From assembly GCF_042660085.1 (NCBI RefSeq), contig NZ_JBHSTI010000008.1, forward strand, positions 1,020,001 through 1,052,000: a stretch of DNA of 32,000 bases, written 5' to 3'. The notes under the pieces were generated by a model, which searched no databases, was not told the DNA's origin, and saw only the letters and a list, made by a program, of their open reading frames with translations. The DNA is from Longivirga aurantiaca (GTDB lineage Bacteria > Actinomycetota > Actinomycetes > S36-B12 > CAIYMF01). Below are positions 9,553 through 18,229 of this stretch, piece after piece (position 1 is the first letter of the stretch; each line of letters starts with the position of its first letter). The translations under genes and the position numbers were made by a program.

Positions 9553-11019
9553 ATGCGCACGTACGAGGTCCGCACCTACGGGTGCCAGATGAACGTCCAC
9601 GACTCCGAGCGTCTCTCCGGCTTGCTCGAGGGCGCCGGCTACGTGCGCCCCGGCGAGGGCGAGCAGGCCGACGTCGTCGTGTTCAACACCTGCGCCGTGC
9701 GCGAGAACGCCGACAACCGCCTCTACGGCAACCTCGGCCACCTCAAGCCGATCAAGGACGCGCACCCCGGCATGCAGATCGCCGTCGGCGGCTGCATGGC
9801 GCAGAAGGACCGCGGCGAGGTCGTGCGCCGTGCTCCGTGGGTCGACGTCGTCTTCGGCACCCACAACATCGGCTCGCTCCCGGTGCTGCTCGAGCGCGCC
9901 CGGTCGCTCGAGGAGGCTCAGGTCGAGATCCTCGAGTCGCTCGAGGTGTTCCCGTCGACCCTGCCGACGCGACGCGAGTCGGCGTACGCCGCCTGGGTGT
10001 CGATCAGCGTCGGCTGCAACAACACCTGCACGTTCTGCATCGTGCCGTCGCTGCGCGGCAAGGAGAAGGACCGGCGACCGGGCGACATCCTCGCCGAGAT
10101 CGAGGCGCTCGTGGCCGAGGGCGTGTGCGAGGTGACGCTGCTCGGGCAGAACGTGAACGCGTACGGCGTCGAGTTCGGCGACCGCGCCGCATTCGCCAAG
10201 CTGCTGCGCGCGTGCGGCTCGATCGACGGGCTCGACCGCGTGCGGTTCACCTCGCCGCACCCCGCCGACTTCACGGACGACGTGATCGCCGCGATGGCCG
10301 AGACGCCGAACGTCATGCCGCAGCTGCACATGCCGCTGCAGAGCGGCAGCGACCGCCTGCTCAAGGCGATGCGCCGGTCGTACCGCAGCGAGAAGTACCT
10401 CGGCATCATCGAGCGCGTGCGCGCGGCGATGCCCGACGCCGCGATCACCACCGACATCATCGTCGGCTTCCCCGGCGAGACCGACGAGGACCACGAGGCC
10501 ACCCTCGAGGTCGCGCGTGCCGCGCGGTTCGCCTCCGCGTTCACGTTCCAGTACTCGCCGCGCCCGGGCACTCCGGCCGCGACGTACGACGACCAGGTGC
10601 CGCCCGAGGTCGTGAAGGAGCGCTACGCCTCGCTCGCGGCGCTCGTCGACGAGATCGCGTGGGACGAGAACAAGCAGCTCGTGGGCCGCTCGGTCGAGCT
10701 GCTCGTGGCCGAGGGGGAGGGGCGCAAGGACGGCGCGACCCTGCGCCTGTCGGGCCGCGCACCCGACAACCGCCTCGTGCACTTCGTGCCGGGCGCCGAC
10801 CTGCCGCGCCCGGGCGACATGGTGACCGCGCAGATCACCTACGCCGCGCCGCACCACCTGGTGAGCGACCTGCCCGCCACCGGCCTGCGCCGCACCCGCA
10901 GCGGCGACGCCTGGGCCGACCGCCAGAGCGCCGACTCCTGCGCCCCGCCGTCCACCCCCGGCACCCCGGGAGCCGGCGCCCCCGTCCTCCTCGGCCTCCC
11001 CACCCTCCCCCCAGCCTGA
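9553..11019 (+). CDS. miaB: tRNA-2-methylthio-N6-dimethylallyladenosine synthase (alternative start GTG 9544)
   Basis: [18 protein letters not shown], radical SAM motif [28 protein letters not shown], and FTSPHP...[21 protein letters not shown]...[12 protein letters not shown]. Confidence 0.97.
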   Translation: MRTYEVRTYGCQMNVHDSERLSGLLEGAGYVRPGEGEQADVVVFNTCAVRENADNRLYGNLGHLKPIKDAHPGMQIAVGGCMAQKDRGEVVRRAPWVDVVFGTHNIGSLPVLLERARSLEEAQVEILESLEVFPSTLPTRRESAYAAWVSISVGCNNTCTFCIVPSLRGKEKDRRPGDILAEIEALVAEGVCEVTLLGQNVNAYGVEFGDRAAFAKLLRACGSIDGLDRVRFTSPHPADFTDDVIAAMAETPNVMPQLHMPLQSGSDRLLKAMRRSYRSEKYLGIIERVRAAMPDAAITTDIIVGFPGETDEDHEATLEVARAARFASAFTFQYSPRPGTPAATYDDQVPPEVVKERYASLAALVDEIAWDENKQLVGRSVELLVAEGEGRKDGATLRLSGRAPDNRLVHFVPGADLPRPGDMVTAQITYAAPHHLVSDLPATGLRRTRSGDAWADRQSADSCAPPSTPGTPGAGAPVLLGLPTLPPA

Positions 11020-11035
11020 GTTCTCGGCCCTGAGG

Positions 11036-11085
11036 GTCGATCACGGCAGTTGAACCGCAGTCGTTGACCCGTGCTCGTGATCGTG
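11036..11085. repeat. 50-nt intergenic repeat, copy 1 (partner 14065-14114)
   Basis: gtcgatcacggcagttgaaccgcagtcgttgacccgtgctcgtgatcgtg matches 14065-14114 at 44 of 50 positions by eye. Confidence 0.7.
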
Positions 11086-11264
11086 ACCGAGCGGGGAGGC
11101 CGCCTCAGACCCGCGCAGATCGGTACGGCGTGTCGCGGAACCGGGGCGTCGTCGTCGTACGTCGTAGGGGCACGGTCCGCCGGTGGTGCTGGGCGCAGCC
11201 CACCGGCGGGACCGGCCAACCTCGTCGCGTCGCCGCTCCGGACGCGTCCGCATAGGGTCGTCCA

Positions 11265-11963
11265 GTGATCACCGGCGCCGCCTTCGTCCCGAGCGCGCCG
11301 ATGCTCGTGCCCGTCGTCGCGCAGGGCGCGGCTGCGGACCTCGACGACATCCGCGCTGCCTCGCTCGACGCCGTACGCCGTGCCCTCGCCGCGCCGGCGC
11401 AGCGCGTCGTGATCGTCGGCGCGGGCACCGCCACGCGCACCCACTCCGCCGGCACGGCCTCGTTCCGCGGCTTCGGCGTGCCGTACGACGTACCCCTCGA
11501 CCCGGCCGCGCCCGGCGGTGATCCGCTCCCGCTCGCGCTGTCGGTCGGCGCGTGGCTGCTCGCGCAGGTCGGGTGGCCGGGGGAGCGGCTCGCGCTGGAG
11601 GTGGCGGCGACGGCCGACGACGACGAGCTCGACGACGCCGGTATCGCGCTCGCCCAGGGCGGCATCGCGACCGCGCTGCTCGTGGTGGCCGACGGCTCGG
11701 CCGCGCGCAGCGAGAGGGCGCCCGCCCACCTGCACCCGGGGGCTGAAGCGTTCGACGCATCCGTGGCCGCGGCGCTCAGCATCGGCGACCCCGGGCTGCT
11801 CGCCGCGATCGACCGGGCCGTGGCGCGCGAGGTGGCCGCGGCCGGACGCCCCGCCTGGCGTACGGCGGCCACCGCGCTGCATGGTCTGCGCTGGGATGCC
11901 GCGCTCCTCGCCGACACCGCACCGCTCGGCGTCGGCTACGTCGCTGCAGCCTGGACCCGTTGA
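11265..11963 (+). CDS. Class III extradiol dioxygenase subunit B-like (LigB-like) protein
   Basis: MITGAAFVPSAPMLVPVVAQGAAADLDDIRAASLDAVRRAL...; such a gene is commonly found between miaB and miaA in Actinobacteria. Confidence 0.75.
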   Translation: MITGAAFVPSAPMLVPVVAQGAAADLDDIRAASLDAVRRALAAPAQRVVIVGAGTATRTHSAGTASFRGFGVPYDVPLDPAAPGGDPLPLALSVGAWLLAQVGWPGERLALEVAATADDDELDDAGIALAQGGIATALLVVADGSAARSERAPAHLHPGAEAFDASVAAALSIGDPGLLAAIDRAVAREVAAAGRPAWRTAATALHGLRWDAALLADTAPLGVGYVAAAWTR

Positions 11964-11990
11964 GCCGTCAGGGTTCTCGCGCTCAGGGCG

Positions 11991-12371
11991 TCACGGCGTT
12001 GGACTGGCGTGGGCGGCGATCACCCGCCAGCCCGAGTCGGGCGAGTGGATCCACGTCCGGGTGAAGCTGAGCCGGGCGGAGAACTCTGTGCCGTCGAAGG
12101 TGCCCTCCAGCGTGCCGCGGAACCACGTGACGCCCGTGCATCCCTCGACGAGGACGGTCAGGTCCTCCTCCGCGACCTTCGTCAGCACCTGTCGGCGCGT
12201 TCGTTGGAGCTCGAGGTCGTCGCTCTTGGAGTACCGGCCGCCGTTCGGCCCGCCCGTGTAGATGAGGCGGTCGTCGAGCAGGTCGTCGAGCGCGTCGGCG
12301 TCGCCGGCGAGCTGAGCGGCTTGCAGCCGACGCTCCGCACCGCGCAGCGCCTCGGCCATGTCGTCGGTCAT
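11991..12371 (-). CDS. Nuclear transport factor 2 / SnoaL-like (DUF4440-type) protein
   Basis: ATG at 12369-12371 on the minus strand. MTDDMAEALRGAERRLQAAQLAGDADALDDLLDDRLIYTGGPNG...FSARLSFTRTWIHSPDSGWRVIAAHASP matches the NTF2-like pattern. Confidence 0.8.
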   Translation of the reverse strand: MTDDMAEALRGAERRLQAAQLAGDADALDDLLDDRLIYTGGPNGGRYSKSDDLELQRTRRQVLTKVAEEDLTVLVEGCTGVTWFRGTLEGTFDGTEFSARLSFTRTWIHSPDSGWRVIAAHASPTP

Positions 12372-12479
12372 GTCGTCCTCACCCCCACATCGCCGCCACG
12401 GTCGACGGCAGAGCACCAGATGCCGATGATGCGCGACGGCGTCGGTCGCGCACCGGTGCTCCGCTTTCGGCGTACGACG

Positions 12480-12520
12480 CGACGACGCCGCAGCGTCCCG
12501 AGATCGCTGCGGCGTCGTCG
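12480..12520 (-). terminator. Strong hairpin, probable terminator of the minus-strand gene 12565-12996
   Basis: 16-nt perfect arms (cgacgacgccgcagcg / cgctgcggcgtcgtcg) with a 9-nt loop. No T-tract. Confidence 0.5.
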
Positions 12521-12564
12521 TCCCCCCTGAGGAGACCTGTGCTCGGCGGGTGACCGCCCGTGGA

Positions 12565-12996
12565 TCAGGTGGCGGCGGGCGGGTCGGACTTCAGGGCGTC
12601 GACGGCCTTCTCGGCCACGCCCTCGACCGCACCCGTGACGGAGTCGAGCTTGCCGCCGGTCTTGTCGCTGACGAACGCCGTCGCCGACGACACCGCGCCG
12701 GTGACCTTGTCGCCGTGCTGGTCGGCGAGGCCGGTGACGGCCTCCTTGGCCTGGCCGGCGAGCTCGCCCGCCTTGACCGCTGCGGTGCCGGCGGCGGCCT
12801 TGGCCTGCTCGGCGGCGGGGCCTGCCGCGGCCTTGGCCTGCTCGGCGACGCCCGAGGCCTTCTCCGCGATGGGGGCCGCGGCAGCTGTGGCCTTCTCGGC
12901 GAGCGGCGCGGCAGCCGCAGCCGCCGTGCTCGCGACGCCGGCGGCCTGGTCCTTGGCCTGGCCGAAGAGTCCCTTGAGGGTGTCCAGAAGTCCCAT
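12565..12996 (-). CDS. Ala-rich helical repeat protein with Rv0909-like 'antitoxin' C-terminal segment
   Basis: MGLLDTLKGLFGQAKDQAAGVAST...APLAEKATAAAAPIAEKASGVAEQAKAAAG...ELAGQAKEAVTGLADQHGDKVTGAVSSATAFVSDKTGGKLDSVTGAVEGVAEKAVDAL. Confidence 0.75.
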   Translation of the reverse strand: MGLLDTLKGLFGQAKDQAAGVASTAAAAAAPLAEKATAAAAPIAEKASGVAEQAKAAAGPAAEQAKAAAGTAAVKAGELAGQAKEAVTGLADQHGDKVTGAVSSATAFVSDKTGGKLDSVTGAVEGVAEKAVDALKSDPPAAT

Positions 12997-13058
12997 GTCG
13001 ATCCTCCAGTGGTGTGGACGAGGGGAGGTCCGTCGACCTCCTCCGACCGTAAGGGAGG

Positions 13059-14009
13059 ATGCGGGGCATGGCCCCCGCTTCCGGCAATCCCGTCACGGTC
13101 GTGGCGGTGGTGGGGCCGACGGCGTCGGGGAAGTCCGACCTCGGGGTGGCGCTCGCGCAGTCCCTCGGGGGCGAGGTGGTCAACGCCGACTCCATGCAGG
13201 TCTACCGCGGCATGGATGTCGGTACGGCGAAGCTCACGCCGGCCGAGCGGCACGGCGTTCCGCACCACATGCTCGACCTCTGGGAGGTCACCGAGGTCGT
13301 GTCGGTGGCGGAGTACCAGAAGCTGGCGCGCTCGGTGGTCGACGGCCTGCTCGCGGCGTCGACCGTGCCCGTGGTGGTCGGCGGCTCCGGGCTCTACGTG
13401 CGCGCGCTGCTCGACGACCTCGAGTTCCCCGGCACCGATCCGGAGGTGCGGGCGCGGCTCGAGGCAGAGCTCGAGGCGGTCGGCCCGGACGCGCTGCACC
13501 AGCGGCTGGCCGAGGCCGACCCCGCGGCGGCGATGGCGATCCTCCCGACGAACGGGCGCCGCATCGTGCGCGCGCTCGAGGTCGTCGAGATCACCGGTCG
13601 TCCGTTCACGGCGTCCCTCCCGGAGGTGCGCGACGTCTACCCGAACGTGCAGATCGGCCTCGATGTGCCGCGCCCGGTGCTCGATGAGCGCATCGACGAG
13701 CGCGTCACGCGCATGTGGGCGGCCGGTCTCGTCGACGAGGTACGCCGGCTGCTCGACGTCGGCCTGCGCGACGGGCATACGGCGTCGCGCGCGCTCGGCT
13801 ACGCGCAGGTGATCCGGTTCCTCGACGGCGAGTGCAGCGAGGAGGAGGCGCTGATCGAGACCCAGCGCGCCACCCGCCGCTTCGCCCGCCGCCAGGACAC
13901 CTGGTTCCGCCGCGACGAGCGCGTGCACTGGCTGCCCTACGACGCCGACGACCTCCTGCCCCGCGCCCTCGCGGCCGCCCGCCCCCACGCGCACGACACC
14001 ACCCGCTGA
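13059..14009 (+). CDS. miaA: tRNA dimethylallyltransferase
   Basis: VVAVVGPTASGKSDLGVALAQSLGGEVVNADSMQVYRGMDVGTAKLTPAER and VVVGGSGLYVRALLDDLEFPGTDP. Confidence 0.97.
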   Translation: MRGMAPASGNPVTVVAVVGPTASGKSDLGVALAQSLGGEVVNADSMQVYRGMDVGTAKLTPAERHGVPHHMLDLWEVTEVVSVAEYQKLARSVVDGLLAASTVPVVVGGSGLYVRALLDDLEFPGTDPEVRARLEAELEAVGPDALHQRLAEADPAAAMAILPTNGRRIVRALEVVEITGRPFTASLPEVRDVYPNVQIGLDVPRPVLDERIDERVTRMWAAGLVDEVRRLLDVGLRDGHTASRALGYAQVIRFLDGECSEEEALIETQRATRRFARRQDTWFRRDERVHWLPYDADDLLPRALAAARPHAHDTTR

Positions 14010-14064
14010 GGGCAGAGCGCGCCAGTCACGGGCGCGTTCCGTCCTCTACTGCTCGTCCCCTTGG

Positions 14065-14114
14065 GTCGATCCAGGCAGTTCAACTGCACTCGTTGACCCG
14101 TACTCGTGATCGTG
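14065..14114. repeat. 50-nt intergenic repeat, copy 2 (partner 11036-11085)
   Basis: gtcgatccaggcagttcaactgcactcgttgacccgtactcgtgatcgtg. Confidence 0.7.
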
Positions 14115-14202
14115 CTGCTGGTTTCGTGGCGGCGTCCGCCGGCGTCGGAGAAGCGGACAGGGCTCGCCCCTCACGGGACGTTCCCGTCCTTCGCAGACGA
14201 AC

Positions 14203-14979
14203 TCAGCCGCGGGGGCGGTGCACGTAGTACTCGGTGCCGAAGACCCTCGCGTAGACCGGTCGCGGCAGCTTGAGGAACACCGACAGCGTGCGCGGGCCGT
14301 CGTCGGCGGTGGCCTGCGACGCGTGCGCGGCCATCGACGCGCGCTTGACGTCGAGGAACCGGCGTACGTCGACGCGGTGCGTGATGTCGGCCGACGCCGT
14401 GAACGCGCGGTCGAACGACGTCGGGTCGAACTCGGGAGGGAACGGGTAGACCTTCGCCGCGGCCTTCACCGCGCGAGCCATGAGGTCGCGGGGCGCCGTC
14501 GCCTCGAAGAGCGACGCCGTGCCCGCGAGATCGGCCGCGAGCGCCCCGGCATCGTGCACGCGGATGTGGTCGGGGTGGCCGTAGCCGCCGTTGGCGTCGT
14601 ACGTGACCAGCACGTCGGCGCCCTCCTCGCGCAGCACCTCCGCAACAGCGGACGCCGCCTCCTCCAGCGGCGCCGCGCACCACGGCACCGCGCCCCCCGG
14701 CTGCTGCACCGCGTCGCCGTGCAGCCCGGAGTCGGCGTACGGCAGGCGCACCACCCGGTGCACGCCGAGCGCGGCGGCGGACCGGTCGAGCTCCGCCGAG
14801 CGCCGCGCGGCGAGACCGCCTGCCGCCATGTCGGACGACGCGAGCCCCTCCGCGCCATCGGTCGCGACGACCAGCACCACGCGCTGCCCCTCGGCCACGG
14901 CGCGCGCCATCGTCCCTGCGGTCAGCAGCGCCTCGTCATCGGGGTGCGCGTGCAGGAACACCAGCGTCTTCGCCCTCAC
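14203..14979 (-). CDS. PIG-L family (LmbE-like) deacetylase
   Basis: GTG start VRAKTLVFLHAHPDDEALLTAGTMARAVAEGQRVVLVVATDGAEG ... GGYGHPDHIRVH. Confidence 0.9.
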   Translation of the reverse strand: MRAKTLVFLHAHPDDEALLTAGTMARAVAEGQRVVLVVATDGAEGLASSDMAAGGLAARRSAELDRSAAALGVHRVVRLPYADSGLHGDAVQQPGGAVPWCAAPLEEAASAVAEVLREEGADVLVTYDANGGYGHPDHIRVHDAGALAADLAGTASLFEATAPRDLMARAVKAAAKVYPFPPEFDPTSFDRAFTASADITHRVDVRRFLDVKRASMAAHASQATADDGPRTLSVFLKLPRPVYARVFGTEYYVHRPRG

Positions 14980-15088
14980 GCGCCCGATCCTCCCAGATCC
15001 GCCGTACCCCGTTCGCGCCCGCCGTACGCCGCTCGCGCACCAGCACGCCGTCCGTCGACCGGCGCACGGCGCGGGTAGGGTCGCGCAC

Positions 15089-16240
15089 GTGCGGATCGTC
15101 CACATCTCCGACTGCTACCCGCCTCGGCTCGGTGGCATCGAGACCCAGGTGCGGGCGCTCGCCGTGCGCCAGGCGGCCGCCGGCCACGACGTCCACGTCA
15201 TCACCGCGACGCCCGGCGAGACGATCCGCAACGGCACCGAGATCCTCGACGGTGTCACGGTGCACCGCACCACGTTCAAGCTCCCCGCCGACCTCCCCGT
15301 GCACCCGCGCGTCACGAGCGTCATCGGCGACCTCCTGAAGCCCGGGGGAGCGGCGGCGGACGCCGATGCGGTGCACGTGCACGGCGGCGTCGTCTCGCCG
15401 TTCGCCTATCCGGGCATGCGCGTGGCCCGCAAGCTCGGGCTGCCCACGGTGCTCACGATCCACGGCGTCTGGGGCGGCGTGTTCCAGCCGACCGCGAGGC
15501 TCACCGAGGGCCTGCTCAAGTGGGCGCAGTGGGGCGTCGTCCTCAGCGCTGTGTCCGACGCCGCCGCCGACCCGATGCGCAGCGTCGTCGGCGCCGGTGT
15601 GCCTGTGAGCCTCATGCCCAACGGCATCGACGTCGACCACTGGCGCGTCCAGCCCGTCGCGGGCGACCCGAACGAGACGCGCCTCATCGCCGTCATGCGC
15701 CTCGCCCCGCGCAAGCGCGCGATGGCGCTCGTGCAGATGGCGCACGGCGCGAGCCGCATGCTGCCGAGCGGCAGGCGTCTGCGCCTCACGATCGTCGGCA
15801 GCGGCCCCATCACCGCGCAGGTGCAGAGGTACGTCGCCAAGCACGGGCTCACCGCCGGCCGGTTCGTCGTCGACCTGCCCGGACGCCTCGCGCCCGACCA
15901 GGTGAAGGCCGCGCTCGCGGCGTCCGACGCGTTCGTCGCACCGGCCAAGCTCGAGTCGTTCGGGATCGCGGCCCTCGAGGCGCGTACGGCGGGGCTTCCC
16001 GTCCTGGCGTACGCCTCCACCGGCATCCGCACGTTCGTGCACCACGAGGTCGAGGGCCTCCTCGCGCGCGACGACCGGCAGATGGTCGACAACATCTGCC
16101 GCATCGCGTCCGACGTCGCCCTGCGCGAGGCCATCACCGCGCACAACCGCAGCACCGAGCCGGCGCAGTCGTGGCCGCACGTGCTCGAGACCGCCGAGGC
16201 GCTGTACGCCGAGGCCGCGCAGCAGACCGCCCGCCCCTGA
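15089..16240 (+). CDS. Glycosyltransferase family 4
   Basis: VRIVHISDCYPPRLGGIETQVRALAVRQAAAGHDVHVITATPG ... VLTIHGVWGGVF ... SLMPNGID ... VVDLPGRLAPDQVKAALAASDAFVAPAKLESFGIAALEARTAGLPVLA. Confidence 0.92.
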   Translation: MRIVHISDCYPPRLGGIETQVRALAVRQAAAGHDVHVITATPGETIRNGTEILDGVTVHRTTFKLPADLPVHPRVTSVIGDLLKPGGAAADADAVHVHGGVVSPFAYPGMRVARKLGLPTVLTIHGVWGGVFQPTARLTEGLLKWAQWGVVLSAVSDAAADPMRSVVGAGVPVSLMPNGIDVDHWRVQPVAGDPNETRLIAVMRLAPRKRAMALVQMAHGASRMLPSGRRLRLTIVGSGPITAQVQRYVAKHGLTAGRFVVDLPGRLAPDQVKAALAASDAFVAPAKLESFGIAALEARTAGLPVLAYASTGIRTFVHHEVEGLLARDDRQMVDNICRIASDVALREAITAHNRSTEPAQSWPHVLETAEALYAEAAQQTARP

Positions 16241-16261
16241 CCGCGCCGTCCAGGTAGGTGC

Positions 16262-16424
16262 GCGGCGATTCCGTCGCAGAGCGCACGCTCGTTACCCGGG
16301 TAAGGAGGCACCCGCCTAGCTGAGCGGCGATTCCGTCGCAGAGCGCACGCTCGTTACCCAGGTAAGGAGGCACCCGCCTAGCTGAGCGGCGATTCCGTCG
16401 CAGAGCGCACGCTCGTTACCCAGC
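16262..16424 (-). repeat. 62-bp tandem array A, about 2.6 units (same family as 27603-27770, opposite orientation)
   Basis: Units start at 16262, 16324 and 16386 (period 62). gcggcgattccgtcgcagagcgcacgctcgttacccgggtaaggaggcacccgcctagctga: unit 2 differs from unit 1 at a single base and unit 3 is partial. Confidence 0.9.
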
Positions 16425-16461
16425 TTCGCGGTCCGACCCCTGACCGGGCCGTCCAGGTCTC

Positions 16462-16523
16462 CGAGTTACTGCCCACATGGTCGCTGAAGACGACCTCTCC
16501 GCGACCATTCGGGCAGTAACTCG
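16462..16523. repeat. Near-palindromic hairpin upstream of dapF
   Basis: CGAGTTACTGCCCacATGGTCGC-16 nt-GCGACCATtcGGGCAGTAACTCG. Arms of 23 nt (16462-16484, 16501-16523), 21 of 23 paired. Confidence 0.85.
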
Positions 16524-16575
16524 CGGAACACCAGCGGGAGCGGACGGCGGGCGCGGCTCGACTACCATCGGCGGC

Positions 16576-17460
16576 GTGACCAGCCATGCCGCCGCGCTCG
16601 GCGAGCTCGAGGGCCTGGCTGTGCTCAAGGGGCACGGCACGGGCAACGACTTCGTGCTCGTGCCCGACGCCGACGGCGCCCACCCCCTCACGCCCGCGCA
16701 GGTGCGCGCGCTCGCCGACCGCCGCTTCGGCCTCGGAGCCGACGGCGTCCTGCGCGTCGCGCGCACGAAGGACAGCCCCGAGGTCGCCGACCAGGCCGCC
16801 GACGCAGAGTGGTTCATGGACTACCGCAACGGCGACGGCACCACCGCCGAGATGTGCGGCAACGGCGCGCGGGTGTTCGCCCGCTACCTCGTCGACTCCG
16901 GTCTCGAGAGCGGTACGTCGTTCAGCATCGCGACCAGAGGCGGCGCGCGAGCAGTCCGCATCGAGGGCGACGGCGACGTCACGATCGACATGGGCGTGGC
17001 GACCGGACCGCTGCTCCGCGCGATGCCGGTGGTCAGCGTCGGCCCGGAGTCGTGGAACGCCACCGCGGTCAACGTGCCCAACCCGCACGCCGTGGTCTTC
17101 CTCGAGGAGCCGGACGACCTCGACGCCCTCGACCTCACCCAGCCGCCGCAGGCCGGGCCGCCCGCGATGTTCCCCGACGGCGTCAACGTCGAGTTCGTCG
17201 TGCGCGTCGGCGCGCCGGACGAGCGGCACGTGCGGATGCGCGTGCACGAGCGCGGCGTCGGTGAGACTCTCAGCTGCGGCACCGGGGCGTGCGCCGTGAT
17301 GGTCGCGGCCGCAGGCCGTGACCAGGCTCCGGCTGAGGTCGCCTACACCGTCGACGTGCCCGGAGGAACAGTGGTCGTGACCCGTCGAGCCGACGAGCAC
17401 ATCGAGCTGCGCGGCCCTGCCGAGATCGTGGCCATCGCGACCATCACGTCCGCGCCGTGA
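16576..17460 (+). CDS. dapF: Diaminopimelate epimerase
   Basis: LKGHGTGNDFVLVPD...FGLGADGVLR...FMDYRNGDGTTAEMCGNGARVFARYL...VNVPNPHAVVF...RVHERGVGETLSCGTGACAVMVAA...VDVPGGTVVV. Confidence 0.96.
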   Translation: MTSHAAALGELEGLAVLKGHGTGNDFVLVPDADGAHPLTPAQVRALADRRFGLGADGVLRVARTKDSPEVADQAADAEWFMDYRNGDGTTAEMCGNGARVFARYLVDSGLESGTSFSIATRGGARAVRIEGDGDVTIDMGVATGPLLRAMPVVSVGPESWNATAVNVPNPHAVVFLEEPDDLDALDLTQPPQAGPPAMFPDGVNVEFVVRVGAPDERHVRMRVHERGVGETLSCGTGACAVMVAAAGRDQAPAEVAYTVDVPGGTVVVTRRADEHIELRGPAEIVAIATITSAP

Positions 17461-18227
17461 GCCGCCCCGACGTCGACGTCGACGACGGCCCCGAGTTCGC
17501 CGCAGCCGTCGGATCGTTCGTCAGCGACCTGGGCGGCGGGTTCATGATCTCCAGCCAGGCCAAGGCGTTCGGCAAGGACAACGGCCTGCGCGGTCGCCAG
17601 GCCTACGTGCTCGGCCGCGGCAGCGTGCTCGGCGACGTCGATGCCGACGTCATCACGAGCGCCTTCGGCTTCTGGCCCGCCGACGTCGTCCGCGAGGCGT
17701 GGGACGCCGGCCGCGAGGTGATGCCGGTGGCCGCTGCGCGCGAGGCGTACACCGCCGCCTGCCACGCGTGGGGCGTCGAGCACTACGACCGCCTCGAGGG
17801 CGCCGAGCGCCTCTGCGAGCTCATCGAGTGGATCGTCGACGGCACCGACGTCGCCGGCCTGCCCCTGTACGCCGGCTGGCGTGCCGTGCCGCTGCCCGAC
17901 GACCCGCGCGCGCGCCTCGCCCAGCTCATGCACCTGCTGCGCGAGCACCGCGGCAGCCTGCACATCGTCGCCGTCGTCGCATGCGGCCTCTCGCCGCTGC
18001 AGGCGATCCTCGCCGGCAAGGGCGGCCACGGGAACGCCACCTTCTTCGGCTGGGAGGAGCCGTTCGAGGACTTCAGCGGCCACCTCGTCGCGCGGTCCGA
18101 GGCCGAGGCGCTCACCGACCGGCTCGTGGCCCCGGCGTACGACGTGCTCGGTCACGACGAGCGCATCGAGCTGCTCGAGCTGCTGCAGGCCGCGGCCGAC
18201 GCCGCCTACGGCCCCGAGGTCGCGTAG
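17457..18227 (+). CDS. Conserved hypothetical protein (SCO6745-family-like)
   Basis: GTG start overlaps the dapF stop by 4 nt. ...SSQAKAFGKDNGLRGRQAYVLGRGSVLGDVDADVITSAFGFWPADVVREAWDAGR...AACHAWG. Family name recalled from pattern only. Confidence 0.65.
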   Translation: MSRPDVDVDDGPEFAAAVGSFVSDLGGGFMISSQAKAFGKDNGLRGRQAYVLGRGSVLGDVDADVITSAFGFWPADVVREAWDAGREVMPVAAAREAYTAACHAWGVEHYDRLEGAERLCELIEWIVDGTDVAGLPLYAGWRAVPLPDDPRARLAQLMHLLREHRGSLHIVAVVACGLSPLQAILAGKGGHGNATFFGWEEPFEDFSGHLVARSEAEALTDRLVAPAYDVLGHDERIELLELLQAAADAAYGPEVA

Positions 18228-18229
18228 CC

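Noticed and set aside
16262-16424. Possible CRISPR array
   Set aside because: Only about three units. The ~20-nt segments between cores are repeated rather than unique within each array, and there are no cas genes in the window. The same holds for 27603-27770.
16477-16575. 33-aa N-terminal extension of dapF from ATG 16477
   Set aside because: It would be encoded from within the hairpin stem. DapF homology starts around LKGHGTGNDF, so GTG 16576 is more plausible.
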